A stretch of DNA of 31,242 nt, taken from IMG/VR virus record IMGVR_UViG_3300038365_000206, positions 1 to 31,242 of that record. One strand, written 5' to 3'. Made by a program: the position numbers and the translations under genes. Numbering within the stretch: position 1 is the stretch's first letter; every line of letters starts with the position of its first letter. Source of the stretch: a virus. The notes beneath the pieces were generated by a model. That model was given only the letters and a program-made list of their open reading frames with translations. It was not told where the DNA came from and did no database searches. Shown here one piece after another: positions 1 through 9,753 of the stretch.

Positions 1-2718
1 TTAGATCCCCTCCTTGAATGCTACTTTCTGAATAATACACCCTGCTGAGGTTGTGAAATCATAATCCCCACGAAGAACCGGCCAAAAACTGTTCAAAGTT
101 ACTTTTGAAGTGTAATCTATGCCATCATTGCTTTTAATTGTCCTGTCATCACAATCAATTGTTAAATTCATTCCGGCACTGAATTCATTGTTTATTGTAA
201 GTGATTGTCCTGTTATTTGGTCGTAGAGCTGTATTGATCCGCCGGTTGTGAGTACGGTTATTGTTGGTCTGACACTTGTTAATCCATCATTACTTCCAAG
301 GGCACCGGTTATCTTTGTGTCTGTAAATCCAATACCCTCGGGTATGGTGAATTTTGCTTTGCAGGTATATGTTGCAATGTCTAGGTCTGTTGTGATCTCT
401 CCATCCAGGACCACGTTGTAACTTCTTGTTGGATCCCAATCAAATTTCAGAGTTTTAGGTATGGGTAGTCCAAGGTCGTTTACTTCATTAGATAAAAATT
501 TTGTAGCTGCTATCAGCTTTTCTTGTGCTTCCTCAACTGTATCACCCCAAAGTCTGAATTCCAGGGTTATACTTTTCGATTCAAGGTTGTATTGTGTGAT
601 AAGTTCTCCTTGACTATTTGAAATATCCAAGGTTGATATTTTTGCAGATATTCCCTCGTTTTTGTCGGAACTTGATTTTAGCATTATATCGTAGTTTCGG
701 CTGTGTTCACCGTTGAGCGTGAAGCCTTCGGATGCTCCTGTAACATCATGTTGACTGTAAAGTACAAATTGGATGTTTTTAAGCTGTACTTCCTGTGTAT
801 CATTTGCAGTGTTTTGTATTCTGAATGTAACTGTTATGTTGTTTAAATCAATGTTATCTCGTTTTAAACCCCAAAGATTATTTAAACCACCCACTGTAAC
901 GCTGTTCTTGGTTGGGTCAAGGATTACACTTTTTTCTGCGGATTCTGTGCCTGTTGTAAGTGTAACAGTTAAAATTAGTTCAGCAGTGCAAATATACGGA
1001 AATATAACTCCTAATCCTTTAATTATAAGGTTCACATCTTTTTCTCGGCCTGAAAAGTTAAAAGATGATAAAGTAATCTCCTTGGAAGTGCCACCAGAAG
1101 AGATTGCAATTGTTGCATAATCAGAATCTGTTTTCAAATCACGTGGAACGTCAGGTAATGCCCCTTTAGTTTCATAAGCTGTCTTTGCTTTTTGTATTGC
1201 AAATTTCAAGAAATCAACACTTGTATTTGCTGGTGCTAACTCTTTGTATTGTCCATAAACCCTGATTTTTTGTGTTCCTGCAGCGTTATATGTGAAATAC
1301 ACATAGCATCGTTCATAAATATTAACATGGTTTGGACGTGTACCAAGGAACTCTGTTGTCTCATTATTCACTGTTTGTAATAGTGCAAGTTTGTAGTTCT
1401 TATATCCATTGTAGATTGTATTTATAGATTGGTTTACGCGGATATTATATGATAATATGTATGCTTCGCCGTCATTGAGGTAATTCAGAATCTCTGGGGG
1501 TATTGATACTTCCGAATAATAACAATCTGTTATGCTTGCTGAAACGATTGTAATATTCTTCGTTAATGTGTTTGTCTCGTCTATTGTGATTGTTTGAGTA
1601 TAATCCCCTGGTGTAACTGCTGTTAAAACAAGTGTTAATGTTGCTGTTTTGTTTGTGAATGCTGCAGCCCAAACACCATTATTATATGTGCCGTTTCCAG
1701 AGCTTGAAACCAACGTGAAACCTGAAGGAATTGGTATGTTCACGTTTGAAGTGTTTACAAGGTCACTATCAACCTTAACAGTCACATGATAAGTTAAATT
1801 TTGCTCTTCTGTAACATTTGAAGGTAAATCAGATGAAAGTGTGTAATTTGGACTGGTTACTGTTGTTGTTCTACTTATTGAAGTTCCATACTCATCTACG
1901 GTTGCTGTAACTAACTGATTACCTATGGCAGTTGCTTTAAGTGTTAATTCAATTTCTGCAGTGTAATTACTATTTATTATTGCATTCCATTTACCAGTGC
2001 TACTGTTATAAGTTCCATCGCTGCCAGATTGACTTACATAAGTCAAACCAGTTGGTAAATTAATAGAAATTGGTACTGTGTCGGTGTGTGGTGTCTTGTT
2101 TGTGTTAATAATTTTTAATTTACAAGTTATTCCCCCACCAAGACCACAAGGGGTTTCTAATTCAGATTGAAGTGTATAAGCTGGTTCATCATAATCAACA
2201 ATCAATGCAAGGTAATCAACAAACATTCTACCAGCATTACTTTTACTTGCATTCCTTGCAGGGTTATATAAAACCCAAAAACCGGACTCGTTTAATGATG
2301 CAGGAGTTACACCGGGCACTGCTGAAGCTGCAAAAACAACATTGCGAACGGTCCTGTTTACAGGTACACTATTCCAGTTTATGCCCCAGTCAGAGCCGGG
2401 AAGTGCGATCCAAATTGAAGGGATGTTGGGAACATTGGTTGTACCCCATGATGCACTTCTAACGTATGCTTCCCATTCCACGATTAGTTTGTTGATCTGA
2501 GAGTTTTTAGGGATATTAAATCCAAAGCCCGAACCTCGAAGTTCTCCAGGTTTTGATTGCACGCCTCCGAGTTTTGCAATTTCATTTGTGTAAGCATCAG
2601 TATCATCATCTGCTTCAACCCAGTAGGGACTGTTCCAGTCCGTCTCAGTTATAACACCATTTACTGTGTTTGGTCGTTCTACGGCCACGCTGGTTGGATA
2701 TTTTTTTACCTGTGTCAT
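1..2718 (-). CDS. Distal-tail (Dit)-like tail/baseplate protein with N-terminal beta-sandwich domains and two DUF11-like repeats
   Basis: Lies two genes downstream of the tape measure gene. The C-terminal ~240 aa resemble a siphovirus tail domain (GFTLNGEHS...SKSITLEFRL...LKFDWDPTRSY...RPTITV...LTIDCDDRTI). Two repeats of the pattern LPxGxTxVSxSGxxGTYN..G.W resemble DUF11. Stop TAA is at positions 1-3. Confidence 0.7.
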   Translation of the reverse strand: MTQVKKYPTSVAVERPNTVNGVITETDWNSPYWVEADDDTDAYTNEIAKLGGVQSKPGELRGSGFGFNIPKNSQINKLIVEWEAYVRSASWGTTNVPNIPSIWIALPGSDWGINWNSVPVNRTVRNVVFAASAVPGVTPASLNESGFWVLYNPARNASKSNAGRMFVDYLALIVDYDEPAYTLQSELETPCGLGGGITCKLKIINTNKTPHTDTVPISINLPTGLTYVSQSGSDGTYNSSTGKWNAIINSNYTAEIELTLKATAIGNQLVTATVDEYGTSISRTTTVTSPNYTLSSDLPSNVTEEQNLTYHVTVKVDSDLVNTSNVNIPIPSGFTLVSSSGNGTYNNGVWAAAFTNKTATLTLVLTAVTPGDYTQTITIDETNTLTKNITIVSASITDCYYSEVSIPPEILNYLNDGEAYILSYNIRVNQSINTIYNGYKNYKLALLQTVNNETTEFLGTRPNHVNIYERCYVYFTYNAAGTQKIRVYGQYKELAPANTSVDFLKFAIQKAKTAYETKGALPDVPRDLKTDSDYATIAISSGGTSKEITLSSFNFSGREKDVNLIIKGLGVIFPYICTAELILTVTLTTGTESAEKSVILDPTKNSVTVGGLNNLWGLKRDNIDLNNITVTFRIQNTANDTQEVQLKNIQFVLYSQHDVTGASEGFTLNGEHSRNYDIMLKSSSDKNEGISAKISTLDISNSQGELITQYNLESKSITLEFRLWGDTVEEAQEKLIAATKFLSNEVNDLGLPIPKTLKFDWDPTRSYNVVLDGEITTDLDIATYTCKAKFTIPEGIGFTDTKITGALGSNDGLTSVRPTITVLTTGGSIQLYDQITGQSLTINNEFSAGMNLTIDCDDRTIKSNDGIDYTSKVTLNSFWPVLRGDYDFTTSAGCIIQKVAFKEGI

Positions 2719-2722
2719 GTTA

Positions 2723-3367
2723 TCATGCCTCTGCGTAACTCATTTTAAGTGATGTTGCAGCGAAGTCAACACTTACAACTTCAGAACCAGTTATACCCTC
2801 AAAGCCCTCGGTTGTGCCATCTTTACCAGTGTTTTTAATTGCATCTGCTGCGAGGTTTGCACCTGATCGGGCCGTATCTCCCTTGTTAATGTACACATTG
2901 TTTACTTTGATTGTTGCAACCTGTGCTGTTGTGGTTATTATTGAAAAGAACATATATCCTGTTGTAGTTGCAGTAGAGGCATAATCTATTCTCTGCCAAG
3001 TATTTGAGAGTGTAATCACATTTGAAATTAATGTTTGCTGTGTAACACTGTTCGTGTTTATCTCTGTTATTTGCAGTTTAACTGTTCCAGAACCTTTTAA
3101 GTACAAACTATGCCATATTTTGTCATTTGCAACTGTATTAAGTAGTTTCTTGAAAGTTGATTGTTCAGTTACACCCTCACCAGTAGAAGATCCGGGGGTT
3201 GTGCAAAGTATGCAAGAATCCCCAGATGGAAATGTATCCGATGATGCGACTTGGGAAACAGTTGCCAAACTCAGACTCCACAAACTTTGATCCATGAGTT
3301 CGTCACCAACAACATTTCCGTCAACACTAACACGGCCAGTTGGGGCCTGGAATTCTTCAACACTCAT
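2723..3367 (-). CDS. Virion tail-associated protein with a carbohydrate-binding-module-like jelly-roll
   Basis: Between tape measure and Dit-like genes. SLYLKGSGTVKLQI...LSNTWQRIDY pattern resembles CBM4/9-like folds. GGAGG RBS present. Confidence 0.5.
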   Translation of the reverse strand: MSVEEFQAPTGRVSVDGNVVGDELMDQSLWSLSLATVSQVASSDTFPSGDSCILCTTPGSSTGEGVTEQSTFKKLLNTVANDKIWHSLYLKGSGTVKLQITEINTNSVTQQTLISNVITLSNTWQRIDYASTATTTGYMFFSIITTTAQVATIKVNNVYINKGDTARSGANLAADAIKNTGKDGTTEGFEGITGSEVVSVDFAATSLKMSYAEA

Positions 3368-3373
3368 CTTTTT

Positions 3374-6300
3374 TTATCCTCCTCGTGATCTCTGCTTTCT
3401 TAACGTTCCCTTTGCTAACTCTGACTTCAAAGCATCCTGAAACGTGCTGTTCTTAACAATGGCTTTTAAGAGGTCTGAATCGTTTATAACAGATTTAAGT
3501 GCAGCCAGTAATGTGTCCTGGTCAATATTGTCAGGTACACCTTCAAGTTTAAGGTTTAAGTTTAAATCAAGAGCCTCTTTAACCGTTAAAGTGTCCAATG
3601 TCTCTGTTGGATTGGAACTTCCCAAGTCCACAGAGGGCACTGGTCCTGCATGCACTTTAGGTGATGACCAACCGTAACCGTGCTGGAATGCAGTTGTATC
3701 AAAGACTTTTCCAGCAATAACCGCCCAAACATGTCCAATATTACCCCAATAACCATGAGCCATATAACCTGAAAGACCAAAAGCCCTGGCTAAAGCCAAC
3801 ATGATAAGGGCACCATCATAACAGTTAAACGCTCCTGAATTCAACGCTGCAGCTGGTGAACCGTAACGACTGTTCCAATAAAATGAGTACCTTGTAGCTC
3901 CGATCAATCTGGATGCAATTGTACTGAAAGCACCCATGTTGCCGGTTAATGGGAATGTGCTGTTTTTGAAGTTTGCAGCTGTTAAACCAAGACTGCCTAG
4001 ATCTCCAAAATTAGGAACGTAACCATTGACGGAGTTCATTATGGCAGTGATCCATGTGCTGCTTTGATCCCAATCACCCGCATAACAACCATCTTCATCC
4101 AGACAAGGAATTGAAGGTAAAGTGTCCAGGATCCTGAGTTGATCATCTCCATGATCACCGGTGGGTCCAGGTCCTGCAAAGTGTGGACCAGTAATACTTG
4201 GGATTCGGATCCTTCCAGGACCAGCAAAACCAGGACCAGGTCCTGCAAGAAGTAGTGCAGGATTACGGATTTTACGATAAAATATTGAAATATTGCCCTG
4301 TAAATGTGAAACTTGACTGGAAACGTTGCTGTTAATATTGCTTGCTGCATTTACCAGGCTGTCACGCATATTATTCCATGAGGACTTGACAGCTGTCATG
4401 TCTGATGCGGTTTTACTTTGAAGATTGTTTAGGGTGTCTATGGTTTTTGTTTGTATTTGACTGTAACCAGCCGTGTTATTTGATACTATGTTGTTGAGTG
4501 TGGTTGCCATGTTGTTTTTCATGGCTTCCAGGCTGGTTTTCTGTGTGTTTACAAGGTTTGTCCAGGTTGATGTGCTTGTTGTTTTCAGTGCATTGTAACT
4601 TGTTGTTGCCTTTGCCAGGCTTGCAGTTACCATTGCTGTTGCACTTTGGGTTTGTGCTTGTATGTTCCCCGTGTTTAGACTGTTGGTGGCTTGTGTTGCT
4701 GTGTCTGTGGCATTTGTGGCGGCGGTTACTGCAGTGTTTGCTGTGGATACAACTGTTGAACCCATACTGTTAGGAATGTTTACCTGTGGTTCTGCTTTCC
4801 TCCAATTTACACTTGCAAGGTCATCTGCAACGTTTTGAAATTCATCTGGCAATTCTCTTGCTTTATCAATGATAGCATCCATGGCCTTTTCAAGATATGA
4901 AGGTGAATGAATACCTAATCCAGCTTTGAAACCTTCCCAAATATTTGATGCCATCTTGACAGCTGCATTGTAAGCATCACCACCAAAACTAGTGATTTTA
5001 TTGATAACATTCCACAATACTTGTCCAACACGGCCAGGAAGGCTTGTTATATTGCTTATGAATCCATTTACAAGGTTTCTACCGGCCTGTTCAGCGTAAG
5101 CTTTAATAGCACGAGCATAATTTTGGACTTGTTGTATTGCATAGTTTAAGTAGAGCCACATTGCATGAGGTAAATTTGCAATGAAATTTATCACATTATT
5201 TACGAAGTTTATGCCTGCTTCTCGTGCATATTCAGCAATAAACCTTGACCACATTAAAACATAATTTATTGAGTTATTCAACCATATCCAGAGACGCCCA
5301 GGAAGTGATACAATCCAATTTAGGAAGTTAGTAACAAGGGTTAAACCAGCATTTGAAGCCCAAATTCCAGTTTGCACAACCCAATTTACAAGGTTTGTAA
5401 GGATCTGAATACCATATTTCACAAGATTACCTAAAAGTAATCCGAAGAAATAAGCAATCCTTTCAAGTATTGTGCCACCATGAGCATTTGCTTGTGCAAT
5501 TAAAGTACTGAAAAAATTGGTAATTGGTGCCAACAAGGATCCAAGGAAGCCTAATAAACGTCCAGGAAGTGATGCTAAAGTTGCAAATATTCCTAGAACT
5601 GCAGATCCAACACCAGAGATGAAGCTTCCAATTGCTGAGAGAACACTATTAAATGCATTTCCCACATTTACAAATGTAGTATAAACGATCTGACATGCGT
5701 GTACTATGCTGTTCCAAGCTTCTGTTAACCTGGCTAATATGGCTTGGCCCATTTCTCCAAGGTTATTCCACCAACCAAGAGCTTTTCCAATCTCATATAT
5801 TGCCGCTACCGCCGCGATGATTGCAATAACCACAAGTACAAATGGGTTTGCAAGGAGACTTGCACCTCCCAGAAGCCCAAAGAAACCTTTAAATAAACTG
5901 ATTGCAGTACCAAGTGGACCTGCGATAAGGCCAATAGACCCAACAACAAGCATAATAACAGAGGCAACAATAGCTATTTTTGAAGCTAAACCACCCGTTT
6001 TATCATCAAATGAAATCCAAGCTGAAAGAATGTCTTTAATGTAAGGTAAAATAAAAGAACCCATCTGTGTGAGTATCTGCTGAATTGAACCTTTTACAAC
6101 TTCTAATTCATTTGCAGTTGTAACATATTGACTATAACCATCATAACCTTCCGCAGCAAGTGCTTTCTGTAAAGCAACAATACGATCTTGTACTGTTGCT
6201 TGGTTTTTCATTGTGCCTAACTGGTTTTTAAGGATAGAATCCTGTTCTAAACCTGTTGTGTTACCAGTTAGAAGGTAATCTTTAAGGTCTCGTTGTGTTT

Positions 6301-7105
6301 CTATTGACTCTTTACCCATTGCAGTTGATGCAGCCATGTAATCTGCAGCTGCAATAGCCATCTGGTTTAAGACATCTACATTATCAATTCCTGCCTTATA
6401 AGCTGCACCTGAAAGTAATTGGTTCATGAATGTATCGTCACCAGGTACAGCTGCAACTATATTTTGTATACTTGCTTGTACCTGTGAAGCCTCGGAACCG
6501 AAACGCCTCATGAGGAGTGTTGCGTTTGACTCTGCATTCATTGCACCTTCAAAAGCTGTTTGCACAATACTAAACAAGCCAAAACCCGCAACAACCCCAC
6601 TTATCGCCCCATTAACACTATCAGTTGCTTGAGAAATCTCTTTTAACTTCGTCACTGCGGTTGTGGCAGCACTTGAAGCCGCACTTGCAACTTTACTGAA
6701 AGCATTACTTAACGTTGAACCTACAGTTCCAGCCACATTAGAAGCCGCTTCTTTTATAGTACTTAACCGGGCACTTATAGCACTTGACGCAGAACTCGCT
6801 GTTTCTGTAACACGATTTACAGATGATGCTAAGGCACTATTGCTGTTTATAACGTTTGTTACTGTCTGTTTTATTGATTCATAGCCTCTTTGTATTGCAT
6901 TGAATGTGCTTGAACTACGTGATCCACTCTGTTCCATGGAGGTTGTGAGGCCTTGCACACTTGTTTTTGCTGTTTCTATTGCGGTTTTAGCAGATTTTGC
7001 ACCATTTTCAATGCCTGTTTTTGTCTTGTTGAATGTGTTTCCAACTTTCTCTGCAACTGCAGATGCTTCATCAATTGCTTTGAGTATGATCTCCATTGTT
7101 GCCAT
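3374..7105 (-). CDS. Tail tape measure protein with a C-terminal transglutaminase-like (Cys-His-Asp) peptidase domain
   Basis: 1243 aa, Ala/Ser/Thr-rich helical repeats with a central hydrophobic segment, downstream of the tail chaperone. FNCYDGA...GHVWA...FDTT triad near the C-terminus. Confidence 0.9.
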   Translation of the reverse strand: MATMEIILKAIDEASAVAEKVGNTFNKTKTGIENGAKSAKTAIETAKTSVQGLTTSMEQSGSRSSSTFNAIQRGYESIKQTVTNVINSNSALASSVNRVTETASSASSAISARLSTIKEAASNVAGTVGSTLSNAFSKVASAASSAATTAVTKLKEISQATDSVNGAISGVVAGFGLFSIVQTAFEGAMNAESNATLLMRRFGSEASQVQASIQNIVAAVPGDDTFMNQLLSGAAYKAGIDNVDVLNQMAIAAADYMAASTAMGKESIETQRDLKDYLLTGNTTGLEQDSILKNQLGTMKNQATVQDRIVALQKALAAEGYDGYSQYVTTANELEVVKGSIQQILTQMGSFILPYIKDILSAWISFDDKTGGLASKIAIVASVIMLVVGSIGLIAGPLGTAISLFKGFFGLLGGASLLANPFVLVVIAIIAAVAAIYEIGKALGWWNNLGEMGQAILARLTEAWNSIVHACQIVYTTFVNVGNAFNSVLSAIGSFISGVGSAVLGIFATLASLPGRLLGFLGSLLAPITNFFSTLIAQANAHGGTILERIAYFFGLLLGNLVKYGIQILTNLVNWVVQTGIWASNAGLTLVTNFLNWIVSLPGRLWIWLNNSINYVLMWSRFIAEYAREAGINFVNNVINFIANLPHAMWLYLNYAIQQVQNYARAIKAYAEQAGRNLVNGFISNITSLPGRVGQVLWNVINKITSFGGDAYNAAVKMASNIWEGFKAGLGIHSPSYLEKAMDAIIDKARELPDEFQNVADDLASVNWRKAEPQVNIPNSMGSTVVSTANTAVTAATNATDTATQATNSLNTGNIQAQTQSATAMVTASLAKATTSYNALKTTSTSTWTNLVNTQKTSLEAMKNNMATTLNNIVSNNTAGYSQIQTKTIDTLNNLQSKTASDMTAVKSSWNNMRDSLVNAASNINSNVSSQVSHLQGNISIFYRKIRNPALLLAGPGPGFAGPGRIRIPSITGPHFAGPGPTGDHGDDQLRILDTLPSIPCLDEDGCYAGDWDQSSTWITAIMNSVNGYVPNFGDLGSLGLTAANFKNSTFPLTGNMGAFSTIASRLIGATRYSFYWNSRYGSPAAALNSGAFNCYDGALIMLALARAFGLSGYMAHGYWGNIGHVWAVIAGKVFDTTAFQHGYGWSSPKVHAGPVPSVDLGSSNPTETLDTLTVKEALDLNLNLKLEGVPDNIDQDTLLAALKSVINDSDLLKAIVKNSTFQDALKSELAKGTLRKQRSRGG

Positions 7106-7146
7106 AGATCCTCACAACCCCTTCATAAAAATTAGTAAAAAAAGCA

Positions 7147-7299
7147 TTAATCTGTTTTATTCATTTCTTTAAGTATTTTAGCTTGACCTAACACCACAAA
7201 ACCAGCTTGTACAGGTGTTAAATCCGCTTGTGTTGATGCTAGCTTGTAACCGAAGTAATCAAGCTGGCTCATCATCTGCCCTTCCGGTGTCCCCAAGAA
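7147..7299 (-). CDS. +1-frame extension of the tail assembly chaperone (GT-like product), missed by the ORF track
   Basis: Frame is open from TTC (7297-7299) to TAA (7147-7149): F-LGTPEGQMMSQLDYFGYKLASTQADLTPVQAGFVVLGQAKILKEMNKTD. It overlaps the chaperone 3' end and fills the gap before the tape measure gene. Confidence 0.75.
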   Translation of the reverse strand, partial: FLGTPEGQMMSQLDYFGYKLASTQADLTPVQAGFVVLGQAKILKEMNKTD

Positions 7300-7720
7300 A
7301 GGCTTCTATTTCACTTTCTTTTGTATCAATTCCACTTATTTCCTGTACTTTCCCGTATATTTCATCAATTGCTTTTTGTGGAAGTTTTTTAACATCTTCC
7401 TCGGTCCATTTATCATTGTTACAGTCAAGGGCTAGTACTATGGCTTTTACTTGGCTGGTGTAACTTGATTTGGATTGTTTGGCAACATTGAACTTCAAAG
7501 TTCCAAGACTACCAAGGATGGCTGCAGGATTTCTTTTTGCTTTTGATGCCATTTTAGGGCTTACTTCAATATCCCCTAATCCTGCCTGTTCTATTTCAGC
7601 AAGTTTCTGCCATTCACCACTTGATAAAGGCCTTATCATGAGTGTTCCTTCTAGTGCTTTGATTTCAACTTCTTGTGAATTGTTTATACCGTTTAAAATG
7701 TCTGCTTTGCTTAGTGCCAT
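7259..7720 (-). CDS. Tail assembly chaperone (G-like)
   Basis: Position between tail tube and tape measure genes; GGAGG RBS; overlapping alternative-frame extension at the 3' end. Confidence 0.8.
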   Translation of the reverse strand: MALSKADILNGINNSQEVEIKALEGTLMIRPLSSGEWQKLAEIEQAGLGDIEVSPKMASKAKRNPAAILGSLGTLKFNVAKQSKSSYTSQVKAIVLALDCNNDKWTEEDVKKLPQKAIDEIYGKVQEISGIDTKESEIEAFLGDTGRADDEPA

Positions 7721-7729
7721 GTTAAAATA

Positions 7730-7767
7730 TCCTCCTAAAAAAGTTTTTTTAAAAAAATAAGAAAAAA
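7730..7767 (-). terminator. Probable archaeal oligo-U terminator/attenuator after the tail tube gene
   Basis: Several T6-T7 runs on the minus strand directly after the tail tube stop codon. Confidence 0.45.
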
Positions 7768-8808
7768 TTAGACTGCTGCTTTGATTTCTGGTTGGTTATT
7801 TAAGAGTTTCACATAAATATCCGTCAATATTTTAGTTGTACCATCATTAAGGGTGACTTCTTTCTTAGCACAAGCTTTTAGGGTGCATTTAAGATTCATT
7901 GAATCTGCACCTTTAGCTTCATATTCCCCTTCAATGGTGCAGCTTGGGAAGGTCATTTCCATCAGGTCTTGTGAGTCATCGTAGGGATCAAAGGTTAGTT
8001 TTGCAGGCATTTCGTAGAGTGTCATTTGTGGTTCAAGTGCGGTTTTACTTCCATACTCCGCGGCCTTAATAAGGTCAAGTGTTGCAGGTTCCATGCTTGA
8101 TTCTATCTCGAATGTTGAATCTCTCTTGTTGGCCTGTGCTTTTGCTTGCATAAACCGTGAACCGATACCTATGGCATCATCAGTTTTGATGTTATTCTTG
8201 ATTTGAACATTTGCAGATGAAACAATACCCGCAGGGATCGCATTATCCAACAGGAGTGAAGCTTCATAGAAAACAAGTGGTGTGGCTCCCGGAAGCATTT
8301 TTGCGTTAATATCCGTCAAGGATGGTACGGATGCAATCATTGTGTCCTTTTTAGCAGCCATATCCGTGTCCGCGGTAATATAATCATCTTTGATCTCTAT
8401 TTTCATGGAATCCATGAGAATACCAGTTATTACCTTGGTGAACTGGTCAAAAGTTCCCCAACCTGTGAATGAAGGTAAAAGCTTGTTGTTTGATCCCCAA
8501 AACTCATGAACATTTGGAGCCTTATCTGCACCTGCTGTGAACTTATAACCTCCCAGCAAACCTTTAAGGTAATGACCTATACGTTTAAGGTCAATTACAT
8601 GAGTATTTGAGGGTTTAGGCACATACGGCCCGGGTCTTACTGTTGTAGGTGCTCTACTCATCCCACTATCCAAGGTTAATGGATCTCCATCTTGTTTGAT
8701 CTTCTGTGATTTAACCTCCTGATACCAGTCAGGAGCTGTTTGGGCTACTCCCCAATTTGCTTCCTCTGCAAGTCCAAAGACTCGATTTAATTCCATTGTA
8801 TCTGACAT
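7768..8808 (-). CDS. Major tail tube protein
   Basis: 346 aa. N-terminal RVFGLAEEANWG motif is typical of siphovirus tail tubes; position precedes the chaperone. Confidence 0.8.
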   Translation of the reverse strand: MSDTMELNRVFGLAEEANWGVAQTAPDWYQEVKSQKIKQDGDPLTLDSGMSRAPTTVRPGPYVPKPSNTHVIDLKRIGHYLKGLLGGYKFTAGADKAPNVHEFWGSNNKLLPSFTGWGTFDQFTKVITGILMDSMKIEIKDDYITADTDMAAKKDTMIASVPSLTDINAKMLPGATPLVFYEASLLLDNAIPAGIVSSANVQIKNNIKTDDAIGIGSRFMQAKAQANKRDSTFEIESSMEPATLDLIKAAEYGSKTALEPQMTLYEMPAKLTFDPYDDSQDLMEMTFPSCTIEGEYEAKGADSMNLKCTLKACAKKEVTLNDGTTKILTDIYVKLLNNQPEIKAAV

Positions 8809-8820
8809 AATTTTCCTCCT

Positions 8821-9288
8821 CTAAAATTGTTCTACTACCCTGTAAACTGCAGTTATTGTGCACATTGAAGCGAAAAGCTTATTATCCGGCCGTTCTACAG
8901 GTGACGGATCAAATCCTTTACTTTTTATTCTTTGAAGCCATTCACGGGGCCAATCTGAGTTTTGTCTGCGATGTTTGATTATTGCTTGTCTGGCACGTAT
9001 TGAAAGGTTTCTTGATAGTTTTGTGCCTTGTTCTGGTTTGTTAGTGGTGATTAAGCCCATGATGTTGACTTGTTGTTCCCAGATCTCTGTCATGGTGGCT
9101 TCCTCTGTCATATCTGCCTGGTCTAACATGATCCAGATTGTGGGTGGTTTAAAACCGTTTTCTGTCACTTCACCTGTTATTACCTGTTTAACTTCACTGA
9201 GAAGGCCGTCTGTTTTGATTTCACTTTCCACCCATGCTTTGAGGGTGTCTTCTAGTGCGTCTTGTGCTTCAAGTAAATTGTAACTCAT
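8821..9288 (-). CDS. Tail terminator/completion protein
   Basis: Size (155 aa) and position immediately before the tail tube gene; KPPTIWIMLD motif. Confidence 0.6.
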   Translation of the reverse strand: MSYNLLEAQDALEDTLKAWVESEIKTDGLLSEVKQVITGEVTENGFKPPTIWIMLDQADMTEEATMTEIWEQQVNIMGLITTNKPEQGTKLSRNLSIRARQAIIKHRRQNSDWPREWLQRIKSKGFDPSPVERPDNKLFASMCTITAVYRVVEQF

Positions 9289-9734
9289 AGGATCGCCTTC
9301 GCTTCGAGAACTGCACGGTTCATGAATTCTTGTACTCGTGTTGATTCTTGTTGCATGCTTTTTTCCACGAACTTTTGACCTTTTTGACCTTTAACACTTC
9401 TTAAACACCACATGCGGCCTTTCCATTCAAAACGTAAGAACCGGGCATGTACTGGTACGATTCGTGTGGCGTGAGGGCCGTATATTCCGGTTCCATCATT
9501 AACCCATTTCAGGTATTTGGCTCCGATGTACTCGAATAGGTAAGGCCCTCGTGGAATCATTTCAATGCTGCCTTGAAGCTTTCCACCACCAGACTCCTTA
9601 TTTACTGGTGCATTTTTCCTTAATTTGGCTTTCAGGTCTGTTGCAGTGTATTTAACACCTTTTTGAACAGTTTCACGGGTGACTTCACCAAGTTTATGGT
9701 TTATCTTCACTGTCACACTGTAAGGTTCTGCCAT
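9285..9734 (-). CDS. HK97 gp10-like neck/tail-completion protein
   Basis: Basic protein with APV...GKLQGSI...YLKWVNDGTG...VKGQKGQKFVEKS pattern; position in the head-tail cluster. Confidence 0.7.
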   Translation of the reverse strand: MAEPYSVTVKINHKLGEVTRETVQKGVKYTATDLKAKLRKNAPVNKESGGGKLQGSIEMIPRGPYLFEYIGAKYLKWVNDGTGIYGPHATRIVPVHARFLRFEWKGRMWCLRSVKGQKGQKFVEKSMQQESTRVQEFMNRAVLEAKAIL

Positions 9735-9753
9735 CTAAGAAAAGCCCCCATAT

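Noticed and set aside
7259-7303. Canonical -1 frameshift in the tail chaperone
   Set aside because: No XXXYYYZ heptamer, and the -1 frame closes at TGA within about ten codons.
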